The notes under the pieces were generated by a model. It had not been told where the DNA came from. It saw only the letters and a list, made by a program, of their open reading frames with translations, and ran no database searches. DNA of 64,000 nt from Tubulanus polymorphus (lineage: Eukaryota; Animalia; Nemertea), in assembly GCF_964204645.1 (NCBI RefSeq), contig NC_134032.1:9350275-9414274 (forward strand), given 5' to 3'. Both the position numbers and the translations under genes were made by a program. This document shows positions 1 through 12,900 of this stretch, one piece after another (positions within the stretch are counted from its first letter, which is position 1; the number at the start of each line of letters is the position of its first letter).

Positions 1-1510
1 GACGCTCGATGCCCCTTAGCCGGACGTTTCAACTATAGATCTTCTGGCCTTGATAAGATAAAAACCCAACGGTATCGTTTCAACTGCTATGGAAATGTCC
101 TAGAATTTCAGATCGATCTGTCCAGGTATGATAAACTGGAGTCATCAACATTTTACACATGGACTCGTAAAACTGTGGGATAGAATTGTGGGGTAAATAG
201 TCATGGCAACATCTTCCGGGGCGGCAGTGATAACTATAGCTCTGATTTGACCCGTTCTAAATTTGACACAGGTACGGGCCCATTTAGACCGGTCTAACTA
301 GAGTGATGGCGTGAATGCACCTTATACGATGACTAGAGGACTGGTGACCCGCATTTAAGGCTTTAGCGAATTGTCAAATGTTTAATGCTCTATTCGCTAA
401 CAATATCCTATCACGCGGGACAATCATGACTACTAACACATCGACATATATAGACCCGAGATGTGTTAGTCTGGCTGGTTTCAATGAGCCGGAACCGAAA
501 TTACCAATTTTAGACTTCGATTCTAACAGAAAATTCTGTAAATGCGACCGCCGATCACATAACTATATCCGTCCCTCGATTTCCGATTTCAAAATTAAAC
601 CACCTGTTTCACACCCTGGCAGGTGTGGTCGGTTGGTAAGGGACACCAAATCATAACAAATCTAACGAAACCTACCGATGAATATCCAATCATTCTCCGA
701 TGTTGTTTAGCCTACGTATCGTCGAAGCATCATTTCCAAAACAATATCAAGGCGACCATTTCTAAGGCGACTCGATCGTAGACGATTCAAGATGGTGCAG
801 ACCTAGCAAACCGTACATTCTTGATCGACGAAATGAGAACGAATTGTTTTTTCTTTTTTACAGTAGTCAGTTTTTATTAACAAAATGCATCGTACATAAA
901 CATCAGCACAAATAAAGCAAAGAATATTTCATTCAATTAATCAATTATTAATTCAATCATTAATAAATAGCCAATAATATTCAATATTTGATACAGGCTT
1001 CGCTACATACACATATATCAGATAATCATATTATAACAATATATTTCTATCGTTTTTTTCATAGTTAATATATTTTTTGTTGATATGACAATAGAAGAGG
1101 TCGAGTGAAGGAGGCTATATCTGTTAACGCAGGCGAGGAAAGGTAGGATTTATACATCTGGGCTGCCACGGGGAAATAAGGTACTGACCTATATAATCCT
1201 CGGACTGGGAACACGCCTTTTAATACACCGAGCAGGATTTTTGCAGTTAAATGCGAAGCCAAAGCCACAACTATTTATTCCCGGGTAAATCCAGTTCCGC
1301 ACAGCTTTTTGTTGCTGGCTCCTATCTCTAGAAACAAATAAACTGGCCCTGCCAAATGCAACAACTCACAACGGATGAATTGGGTCCGAGAGTTACACCG
1401 GCGCAATTGCGGAACTGGATCCAGTCGAACTAAGCTTGCACAATTGTGCAACTGGGTCCGGTCAAATTCAGCTCTCACAACTCCGGAACTGAGTACGAAG
1501 AAGAATTCAC

Positions 1511-1790
1511 CCCTTTCAGTGTATCTACACTGCAGTGCGATGTATTACTCGGTGGTGGACTTCGTTAGTACACCGCGTCGCATGTGTATCCATGTAATTA
1601 CCGGTAGGTTTTACCTATTGAAAGATGGCTGCACTTCGATAAACATAGTGAAATATTAGTAACTAACAATACACCGCACCGCAGTGTAGACGTACTGTAG
1701 TGGTGTGCCCATTTAAACAACACACAGTGGTGGAACTTTCAAATCATCTCTCCAGCACTTTCGGGCATTAATTAGTCAGCACTGAAAGGG
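1511..1790. mobile_element. piggyBac-type MITE, same family (more diverged); partial copies also at about 4276-4400 and 28290-28458
   Basis: CCCTTTCAGTG...GCACTGAAAGGG-TTAA; shared internal TACACCGCACTGC and AAGATGGC segments. Confidence 0.8.
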
Positions 1791-4700
1791 TTAACCCAAA
1801 ACTGCGGGAGTGGGTACGCAAGTTCATTAACTAAAGCGTGCCAAGTTCACGTTGATTGCAGATCGATTTGACTAAGCGCCCTTAAGTCATTATAAAGCCG
1901 CCATCTAGCGGCAACTAGCTATTACAAGGATCTCGAAGCTCACATTTTTTCATTTTTTTTTAAGCCAAACATTTCTCGCCAAGCCACGCAGCTCTGCTAG
2001 GATACATCAAAAGTGATTTTTACATATATGAAAAAAAAACTAATAACATTTCGTATCACAAAGAATAAACACAAATTTTTACATAACAAACAAGTTTTCC
2101 TCAAGTTTAAGTACCCTCAAATAACGCAAACAAATATCCATCCTAATGATAATATTTGATATTAATGATAATAAATTACATTTTGCTATATAGTTTTTTC
2201 AAAACAACTAAAAATCGAGATCAAAATATTCTGATATTTCTTCGATAATAAAAAAGATTAATATCGACACTGATAATAATCATATTATTAAATAATAGTC
2301 ATATGATAATGATGTTATAGTTTTATGAAAATGACAAATGGCTTTTTGAGAGAGAGAGAGAGACTGAGAGGGTAGGTCAAAAGTAAACAAATTCACGAGA
2401 GACTTTTTCTTATTCAGACCTGGTTAGAGATTAACTTTGTTTAATACATATATATATATATTCAGTATGACTTCGAGCGCAAGGACCCGGTTCCAGAGTA
2501 GTTTCCAGAATCTTAATCATTTCACGTACATAGGTTTTTTCGTTAAACCTGACGCGGTAAGATTGTATGTAACTCACAATTGTGCAATTGGCACGGTCGT
2601 AAGTAAAGGCAGAATTGTATGTTATCAATCTGGTTTAGGGATATGGATTCCGGATTACACAGGCCACTTTTTATCAGGTTCACAGAAGAGCGCTAGAAGG
2701 GTACAGTGGCTGCAGTTGCTCAAAGTTGGTTAAAGCTACGAGTAATCATCTCAATTTGAGATGATTGCTCGTAGGTTAAAGATAACCGGCGGATAAATAC
2801 CGTTGTAACAATGAACTTTAAATTGTCACTTTTTGATTGTCACCATGTCAACTATCCACAGGGTAACTCTAATCGAATTTTGAGTAACCGGCCCCTGGTC
2901 GGGTAATCCAGAATCAGAGGAGGCCGATCGAAACCTGCTCAGGAATCAACTCCGGATTCGAAATGATGAAAAATGAACCTATTTCACTCAACCCACAACT
3001 GTGGAACTGGGTACTCAAGTCGTAACACCTCCACACTCAAAACTTAATCTTTTTTTTCAGATTCCTTCAAATATATCCTCAAAAATTGGTTAAAGCCAAC
3101 CGGTGGATAAGAGACATAGTGACAATTTAAAAACAGCATTTTCATCACGCTATTTATCTGACGGTCGACATAAGCCAGTATTTGAGCAACTGGCACTAGG
3201 AATTCGCAGAGCTTCAACCAATCAACTTCATTACTACCGGTAATTGTTATCGCAACAAGTTACCGATTAATTAAGCTAATAATCAATTGAAAAATTCGCA
3301 ATCAACATCGTCATTTACTGGTTAGAAATATCAATTAATTCGCTACTTCTTCTAAATAGTAGTTATTTGATAACCAATTACATTTATTTCATCGTACCTC
3401 AAATATTAAGCTATTAGAAATCAACGACGAGAAAATATTTCTCGAACAGAGGAAAGAATTATAAACCTTTTCTACGCCGGATTTCGACCGGATTCGAATC
3501 CAAATTCCGGAAACAAGTGAAAACCATGTGAAATACACAACACGACACCGATTTCAAAATATTCTTATCTTTTTACACATCACATATTTAGTCGTGAGAG
3601 GAATATTTGTAATTAAAGATAGATAGGCAGACAGCGAACCCCCCCGAAGGCCCAGCTCCGCCGAAAGGACCGACCCTTAAATCGGTTGACGGAGGACTGA
3701 ATCGACGAAGAAATGACGCCGATTTAAGACGATAACCTTTCGACGTAACCGGGTCCAGGGCGTAATTTTTCGTTTTAGCCAGTTTTGAACGGAATGGCGT
3801 CATGACAACAACATCTAATTCATCGAGATCATAGCCGCGATTACACAAGCGTTTTCGGCACGGGTCAAATAAGGCCCGGGACAACCGTTCATACAGGTGT
3901 CAAATGGGCCCGCATCTGTCCGAAAACGTTGGACCAGGCCCGAGCCAAATTTTAGCACCTGTCAAATTATTGCGTATGAATTGTAACCGGTTCTAGAAGA
4001 GACTCACTTTGTTTTGTTTACGCACATGCCAAATTTGACTCGAGCCTGCTTCATGCCAAATAGTCTCAGAGTGTTCGCCGCTTATTCCAACAAAGGCTTC
4101 TGCTCTGATCCGATACCCGGGACCCGGTTCAACAGTTGAGAGTGAAAATCTGACTCTTTTAGGGTTTCAAAGTAATCGTAAATGAACGAACTTTGACTAA
4201 AGAGTTCTTCGTAAATGAACTCGTTTTGATTATTTACGAGGGGGTACAAAAACATTCGGAAATGTTCTTATCTCTTAACGATACACCGCACCGCTGTGTA
4301 GCCGCACTATAGCGGTATATACCCGTTATTCAACGCACTGGGGGAGGAATTCTAAAAACTTTGAAATTATCTCCAGCACTTTAGGGTATTAAATAGTCAG
4401 GGTTAATCATTTGAAACTTCAAGAGTCAAAGTCAACGGACAACCGTTGAACCGCGCGAGACCCCGGTAATTATTGACGATTTCAATCTACAATTTACACA
4501 GCAGTTAAGTTCATGTGAGGAGTACATTAAAAGAGAGACAACAATTAACTATAATCGCTGTATAACCATTTTAAAATCACGCATTAACAATTTTTCGAGA
4601 CCATCAAAGACCGCGTCATCGATTCTACTGCCGGATCTATACCCCGGTACCGGGCAGAATCGGGCCGACCCTTCCCTGGCTCAAGGGCTTCCTGAAAATG

Positions 4701-5188
4701 TAATGAAGGCGACTGGCACGCAAATCAAAAACTTGAAAAGCCTCGATTGAGAATTGAAGCTAATATCACACACACAGCTCTCGCATAGACGACGGGACGT
4801 CAATCTGGAGTCGTATTTTACAATTTTAGTCAGGAGTCAAATTCGACACACGAACGAACAGCGGAAACGACTCCAATAAGAAATCGCGTATAGTCAGTAG
4901 TCAATTCGGAGTCAAATTTTAACCCTAAATTGATAAGTAGAAATGACTCCGACGATAAGCATATTTTCGATATCTGGTACTGACTTCAACAATAAGAAAA
5001 AGTCAAATTCAATCAGGAGTCAAATTGAATTAACAATCGAACTGCGCAAATGACTCCCTGAAAAACCGTCATTTTTCGTACTGACTCTGATCTTGAGACT
5101 CCGAGTAATAATCGAGACCAAGTAACGAGGCCTTTTCACCAAAAGAAACCACACGTCCTTTATTGTTTTCAAAGTCACTAGGCAACGA

Positions 5189-6990
5189 CTACCGTTGTTG
5201 CGAAGGCCTTCGGTTGGCCGCGGCCGCGCCTGACTTTTTCGACTGCCAATAATGGTTGGATATCGTCACCGCGTCGATACTGACGGACATGTGTTTCGTA
5301 GAGGAAATCACGGAAAAGGACTTGCTTCCGGAATTATATCTGAAAACAGAAAACTTAAATAAATCAGATCGAAAATGAGACCTCGATTTCTTAAACCTGT
5401 TTACATGCCTACGACTGAAATCAACTTCCATTTTTCTTAGTCAGGGGATGCAGTTGCTAAAAAGTTGGTTAGAGTAAACAAGTGAATAGTTGACATAGTG
5501 ATAATTTAAAAGTCATGGTTCCCAAAGTTATGCGAATCAAAAATTTCCAGGTTTTTCCTGTATTTCATGGGTGATTTTTCAATTTTCCCAAATGGAAAAT
5601 GGGGCCTTCATAAAAATGAACAGATAGTATCATCATACTACTACAGTCAACATTTTAATAGTGACTAGTTGATAAAGTTGATTTTCTAAGGACATCGCAA
5701 AAGAAAATTGCCCTTGGATAGTGCAATACGTGAAATGTAAGTGAATTGTCTAAATGTTTCCCTGATTTGAGGTATAAATCTCAAGTTCCCAAATATTTCC
5801 ACACTGGGAATTATTATCATTTCAAAATTCTCAAGTTTTTCCCAATGTGCCTGTTCTGTGGGAACAATGAAAAGTTCATCGTTAGTACAGTATTCATCCG
5901 CTGGTTATCTATAAACCAACTTTTCTGCGACCGGCAATAGGCCTCAAAACTGGCCCTGCCACGTATTATTGCTATGCTGCTTACTTGTAAAATCGTTCCA
6001 TCATTTTTTCGCTGAGGGCTTTAGGTCCGTTGCCCGTCAGTTTGAACATGTCCTCGGTTTCTGGATTGTACGTGTAAACGGCGCGGTACTGACACCCGCT
6101 GTCGCGGAATAGAATCAAAAAGTGATTCGCTTCGCTCTTACTGATATCCTACAAATAGATATACAGATGCGATGATGTCATAGGGGGAATAATCGAGGCA
6201 GCCATCTTTTCCGAAACAGTTTATTGTGGTATTTCATGATGTCATAAGGAGATTTACACAGGGCAGCCATCATTTCTGAAAGGGTTTATAGGAGTAAATC
6301 TATGATGTCATAGGGGGACTTATGAAGGCAGCCATCTTTTCTAGAATTGTCTACAGGGATTTTTTATAATGCCATAGGGGGATTTATGGAGGCAGTCATA
6401 TTTTCCTGAATAAGTCAATAGGAGTAATTTCACGATGTCACAGGGAAACCTATGAAGGCAGCCATCTTTTCTGAAAGCGTTTCTAGAAGTGACTGTAGGA
6501 GTTATGTCATGATGTCATAGGGTAATTCATTCATAGCAGCGGCCATCTTTTTTAGAAGTGTCTAGGCCTAGGAGTAATTGGTGTTGTAGAGGGATATAGG
6601 TGTCAAGTAGAGTCTACGAGCAGAACCTAAAGAATTAACCTGATGATGTCATAGGGGGATTCATGAAAGCAGTCATCTTTTCTAGAAGAGGCTGTAATTC
6701 GATGTCGTAGAGTGATGATGAAGGAGTCTAGTAGGGTCTGAGAGAATCTGTAGAATTAATTCGATGACGTCATAGGGGGATTCCGAGCATACTTACGTCG
6801 ATCGTTCGATTTTTCGTCTCGTTGTTGACGCTGCCGGCGAGGCACACGTGGCTGATCGCGTTGATGATCACGTTGCGGTTCGATTTCGACCGCGGCTTCA
6901 CGAATAATTTCGGCCCGGAATATTCCTGAGACGTGGCGGCCGCGTTCGAACCGTCGCCGCCGCTGTAGTTATCGGTCCGACGCTTCGATT
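5189..6990 (-). CDS. CAMSAP: CAMSAP C-terminal CKK-domain exons (6990-6797, 6148-5985, 5339-5189)
   Basis: Translation EYSGPKLFVKPRSKSNRNVIINAISHVCLAGSVN / DISKSEANHFLILFRDSGCQYRAVYTYNP / YNSGSKSFSVISSTKHMSVSIDAVTISNHYWQ; stop TAG at 5191-5189. Confidence 0.93.
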
Positions 6991-9900
6991 CTGGAAAAAA
7001 AAAATGACAACCCGTGAAATAAAGAAGACGATATTTTTTTTGGAAACGATCAAAATGTTTGTCATTAAATCCATCGAAATGTTAACCGAAGGAATTTCCG
7101 ATTCCTCAAAAATCTGCTTGGCGTCGCTACTAATCTTGTGTTTTGTACAGCGCCTTCCTACAGTTGCGATAACCGATTTTCTAGACAGGTTGCCGGTTTC
7201 TATTCTTAGTAAGTGTTTTTCATGATTCCTTTAAGTCTAAAAAATTTATCAAATGGCGAAAAAAGGTATCCTCAATGCTCGCGGAAAAAGCATCATCGAA
7301 AATATTGCCGATAATCTGTTGCCAACTGCGAGAGCGCTGCGTTAAAGTTTACTAGCGGTGCCTGGTGGATCTTTGATGAGTCGCCCTTCCTTTCGGTTAA
7401 CATTTCTATATTAAATCGGACCGGCGTCGATGACTAGAGCCAAGTTCACTGGCGCAACGGTTAAAAAGTGTTTTTAGTTACTGAAACGTTCAAGAAATGT
7501 TAGTCAAAAATAGACGTGTGGGAAAACCATGCCCACGCGGAGAAATGCTCGACAGTCTCTGACAATTTCAATATTCCAAGAAGCCCAGTGAATCTTTTTT
7601 TACAGTGAAGAAATCGTAGGACATATGACGAGCTACAATTCAGCAATCGATTGTGATTACAAAATATGCATAGGTACCAATAAACGGGTATATGGAAATA
7701 CCATATTATCCCTAGATAGCTGAATCCAAGTCAAGGAGCAGTCAGTGTTTTCAATAAGAAATTGATAAGTTAAGTACCTTCGAAAAACAGCGCCCGGTTT
7801 TATTGACTGGTATTACATTTAACCCAGGCGTAAACGGAGTTGAAAATGAATTTAGCCCCAAGGTTTAAGTTAATAACAGTATAAAACCGGGCCCTGCAGG
7901 GTACCATAATTGGCCGCAGGCAAAGAAGATTAGGCCAAAGGCCTGCATTCCATACAGGTGTGTCAGTCAGCAAGCGGGTCGAAGCCGATGGTGTATGACG
8001 GGGTGTCCCCCTCATAACCCTTTTGGGTTTTTTTTTGTGAATCCCGAGACGCTATTTAAGGTATTTCAGAGTTGGTGTAGCACTCACAGCTTAAGTCCAG
8101 AGGAGACTGGGGCAGAACCTCTCGTTGAAGAATGGAACAAAATAAACAATGCAATATTTTTCATCATATTGCTTGCACCTGCCGTCTATACATAGAATGA
8201 CATCTAAATTTCAAGAAGAGCAACACTGGGACCTGGCTCTCATTGAAAACTCTGAGCAGGTGGAAAAAATATTAAATATTGAATCACACCAGTGACCTTA
8301 GAATTTATGTTCTAAAACGAAAACGAGACAAAAAAAATTGAAATATTTTTCCTAATAGTGAAAGCATAAAAGGAGTTAAGCTATTAGGCCGGTAGAAGCA
8401 GATAAGACACAAATTACATGTGTGATGCCATTACATATCTAACTGCTTAACAGACACCTCAATACATCTGAATTCATTAACACTTGTTATACTGCACTGT
8501 TGCTGACTTCTTTATATTCATAAGAAGTCACAGTACTTGTCCTGAACTAGGCCTAGTGTTTGACCCCCACAAGGGGCAACCTCTCTTATAGGGTAAGACT
8601 TTAACCAATACGTGTATTTAGCGATAAAATTTTCGATGTATCGTATTCGATATCAGCAGTCTCCACCCATACGCCATTTACCCAAATTGGATGTAATAAA
8701 GAAGTTTCCAGTTTCTAGGCGCCATTTTGTGGCGGTCCCTCGAGGTCCCCATTGTTGCGATAATTTGCGCTCATTTTAAAAACATAAGTTGTTTAGATTG
8801 AATATCATATAGTTCTGCAGCCCCTTGCTCGGACTTAAGTTATACAGCATATTTTAAAGGAAATGAAATGCAGATATTTGCTGGCGATTCTTGGAATTTT
8901 TGAACGCAACAATTGAGAACAGTGACGATGTGAAACCAAGGACCGCATATCTTAACCGTGCGTAAAAGAAACCGCAATATTTATTAATTTTAAAATATCT
9001 AAGTATCTCTTAAAGCTATATTTCCAATTTTCACAGAGGTTAAAGAGGGTTATTTGCAGTTTAAGCTTGAGTTTGAGATTTTGAGATTTCCAGGTTTTCG
9101 GGGCCACGCTGTTTCATAACTCGCTAAATTAAGTATTCACTTCACCTCGACATATATACCGGCAATTCATCACGAAAATCATCTACAACAGGCTTTACTT
9201 AAAGTATCAACGGACATCTTTCTGAATTTGCTATTCGTCGCGCAATATATGATGAAATTTACCGAAGAATCAACGATAGAAAATGCCAAAGCGATTTTTC
9301 GAAAATCAAGCACGGATTTTATGGTGAAACCAACCATACTTCGCAAACGATCTACGAAACCCAAACCTTCGCAAATAAGAAACACCATAACTACTGATAA
9401 CACCATCTTTAGAACCCTCATTTCCCTTCTCGACGATTCGTCGGTTACGCCGAGCTGCGAACGTCGAGTAACCCGGCGGTAAAACGTCACCGAAATGAGA
9501 ATCAGATTGACGAATACCAAAATGCACAGCGGAAACGCGACGGTAAGGTACAGGAATAAAAACCTCCCAGAAATATCGTAAATCCAACGCGCGATTTTAA
9601 TACCGGCGTACAAGATTTTCACTTTTGTACGCCGTGTAATGTACGGCCAATGGTCGGGACAGTTCAGGTATTCAAGATGTCTTCTGGGTAAAAATTGACA
9701 AAAATGCCCTGAAAAAGCAAGCAATGAAATAAATAATATCGCATATTTTGAGATCGCTTTTTTGAGAATTTTACGAGATTTAATCGGAAGCAATACGACG
9801 ATTAACCGCTCGAGACTGAGCAGTACCAGTTACGCGTCATCTGAAACATGTAGAAAAACGGCAGTGAAATTGAAATAAAAATCCGCCCGTAAGTCCAGTC

Positions 9901-12900
9901 ATCTATGCGGAACAAAATATCCCCTAAAATTGGGTAAATGTACGCAACTCTCAGCGGATACAGAATGAACGTAGCGATCATGAACAAAAGATCGTTTATA
10001 GCAAGAATTTTAATGAGGAAATAGACATCAGATTTGAATCGTCTCAGAACGAACAGCGTGAACGCGTTGAATATTATGCCGAGCACTGACGCCGGCAGGT
10101 AACATCCTAAGTACATGAAAACATTCGATTTCAACGTTATAACAGGCGCACGGCGACTTCGAATTCTCTGACACAGGTCGAGTTGCAGGATCGGGTCACT
10201 CGTCGTGGTACCGATACTAGAAACGTTATCGGACATATTCATCAGCGGTATCTCGGAGACTATTCTGTATCGAATACGCTTTCGTATTGTGCCTGGATGA
10301 AGAGCAAATTGAAATTAGAATCGAGCCTTTCGCGCAAGTTTATATTTAGGAAATGCCTCCGGCAGTTGTAGATTTTATTAAACAGAACAAACTGTGTTTT
10401 CGTATTTCACCATTTCTCATTCATCCAATGCGAGTTCATCTCATAAACTATTGCGAAAACTTTTATCAACCGTGTTTAACGTCCCTTAGAATTGATTAGA
10501 GTAAATTCAATCTAATTCGCAGATTTTACTTTATATAGTTTGGACGATTCTACTGAAGTTTCCTGTATAACATAAATGAATGGATAGTAATTCATTTGCT
10601 GTAGTTTGAATGTCACGCGACGAAATCATTTTGTAAAACTACACATTCTCTCCGGCTATAAACACATCGTCCAAAACGTGCGCCCCAAAAATCGATATTG
10701 TGGCCAGCAACCAGCGAACGTGTCCTGCTTGGCACTCGGGTATCTTTAGAACTCAAGCCGAAAGAATACTCGCGCACATAATTCAAAAAGATACAGGATT
10801 GCCACTTTCATTTGACCTGCTTTCTCGCTATTCCCGACTTGCACATTGTTTTCCCCGACTTAAACCGCTAAGAATCCAATCAAATACATGTAACAGTTTT
10901 TGGGCTACAGATGCGTCAAGGGTACGTATAACCAAATATCAAAAGAATCCATTGACCCATTTGCATTGACGGATGAAAAGTGAATGCAACAGCCGTATGG
11001 GACTACATCCCTAAGTGGATGAAAATATTGTAAATAATCAACGCAGAATTGTTAAATCAGTGCAGTTAAATTCAAAACCAAGAAGTAATCTGAGCCTGAA
11101 TAAGAAAAAGAGAAAGCCTTGAAAATAGTTAAATTTCAAAACACGGTCCAGTTCCACGGTTGTGCGGTTAGATTTTTGACTCGGGGATTGTGAAATTCAA
11201 ATTGAAACTAAAATTAAGTTAGCTGCCATTATTTTAAACTTGAATTCTAATATGAAAGCGCAATATTGTGGAACTGGTCCGGTAACTGGTTCCACAGTCC
11301 AGACCGAAATACGTAAAATCAGACCAGTCTAAGACCGGTTTCTTCACCCATTTTGGTCTTTTTAGAGAGAGTATTGTTTGAGACCCGGATATCGAAGACC
11401 AGTCTGAGCTGATTATGCGTATGTAAATGCAATATATCGACACTAAAGGTAAAACTGGTCTCAGCTTGTTTATTCTGGTCCTTCGGCCAAATTAACGCCA
11501 GTTTCGAGGAGATCGTTCGATTTACGTCCGCACGGACTACAGAACCATTGGAGCAAGGTTAACAGCAATCAGGAACCAGTTCCACAGTTAACGAGGAAAA
11601 TTTGACTAGGCTGATCGGAAATTTTAATTCTGAAGTCGAAATCATCCGAGAACTGTGGAATCAGGTCTAGGGTCCAGTTTCATGAAAAACTTTCATATTA
11701 AAATGGTTAAGTTCAAATTGTTGGTATCATTGAAAACAAGAACAGGGTGGCGCCACTTTCCACTGATTTTCAAATTCCATGATTTTTTCATGTGATTACA
11801 CAAAATTTTCAGAGTGAATCAGAAAATCCTTGGCCGGTTTTAGAGACTGATATCATCTTTAATCCGGGGGTTAACTCGAAATGAATTAACTTGAATCAGC
11901 CCCCCGGGTTAAAGATAATAAAAGTCTACAAATCCGGCCCCAGGATTTCAGGTAAATGGTAGAATCAGTGGAATGGAATATGTACTGGCATGTGAATTTT
12001 CCAGGGTGATCGAACCGAAAATTCGACCGTTTCACGAAACTGGATCCGGAGAGGTTAAAACGATATCGAGAGAACGGGGTGTGTAAAAGCAAAGCCGACC
12101 GGGGGCGAGCGAGTTGCGAACTTACGACTATCGGACGAAAATCGCTGGCGATTAGAAGCCGACGGACTTTTAATACGCCGGCGATGAGTTTGAAAACCGC
12201 TGCATTCCGCGCGAATCTGCGTTACTAATTACGGAAGAAAATAGAAAAAAAAAAATAGAAAATATGGCAAAAACCAACACATCTTAAAGCATGTTTTTGA
12301 GCATTCGTTTCTATGCTCCGTCCCGTTTGTGAGGGGAGCGGAGGCATACAGGAGCAGGTGATCTCTGTGCTAAGATGTGCGAAAAACAAAAAATCTGAAG
12401 CTTTATTTTTATTCTACAAATGCAAAAATTGACACGGCCCCGTACAACGCTCAGGGCCCAGTTTTTCACTTAGACTGGGTATTAGTTTAAGCTCAGGTCC
12501 TTGGTTTTATTCTAGTCGAGGCTTAGGTTTAGTCCCCCGAGGAAACCAGGTACCGGTACAAACCTATCAGTATGGGGAGAAAATCGCTTAGCAATCCCAA
12601 ATTGCATCAGTCAATCTGGAATCGTTTTTTAGGCTGAAATTTTGCGGGGCCCTTCAAAATATATAGGGTATCCAGGGACATTGCGCTTGATTCATCCTTA
12701 ATAGCCTAAGTCTATATAACATGGTCGTGGTAAACATTTGAGTGGCACTTCAAAGTAAGGGGGATATGTCTGAACCCCATTGATATCAGGGGCCCTCCCT
12801 GTATCCGAAGAGTATTGGGAACACCTTGAACAACCCCTATATCCATCCTTGATACCAACAAACTGGGCTTTAGTGGACAATTTGAGCGGCCCTACAAAAC

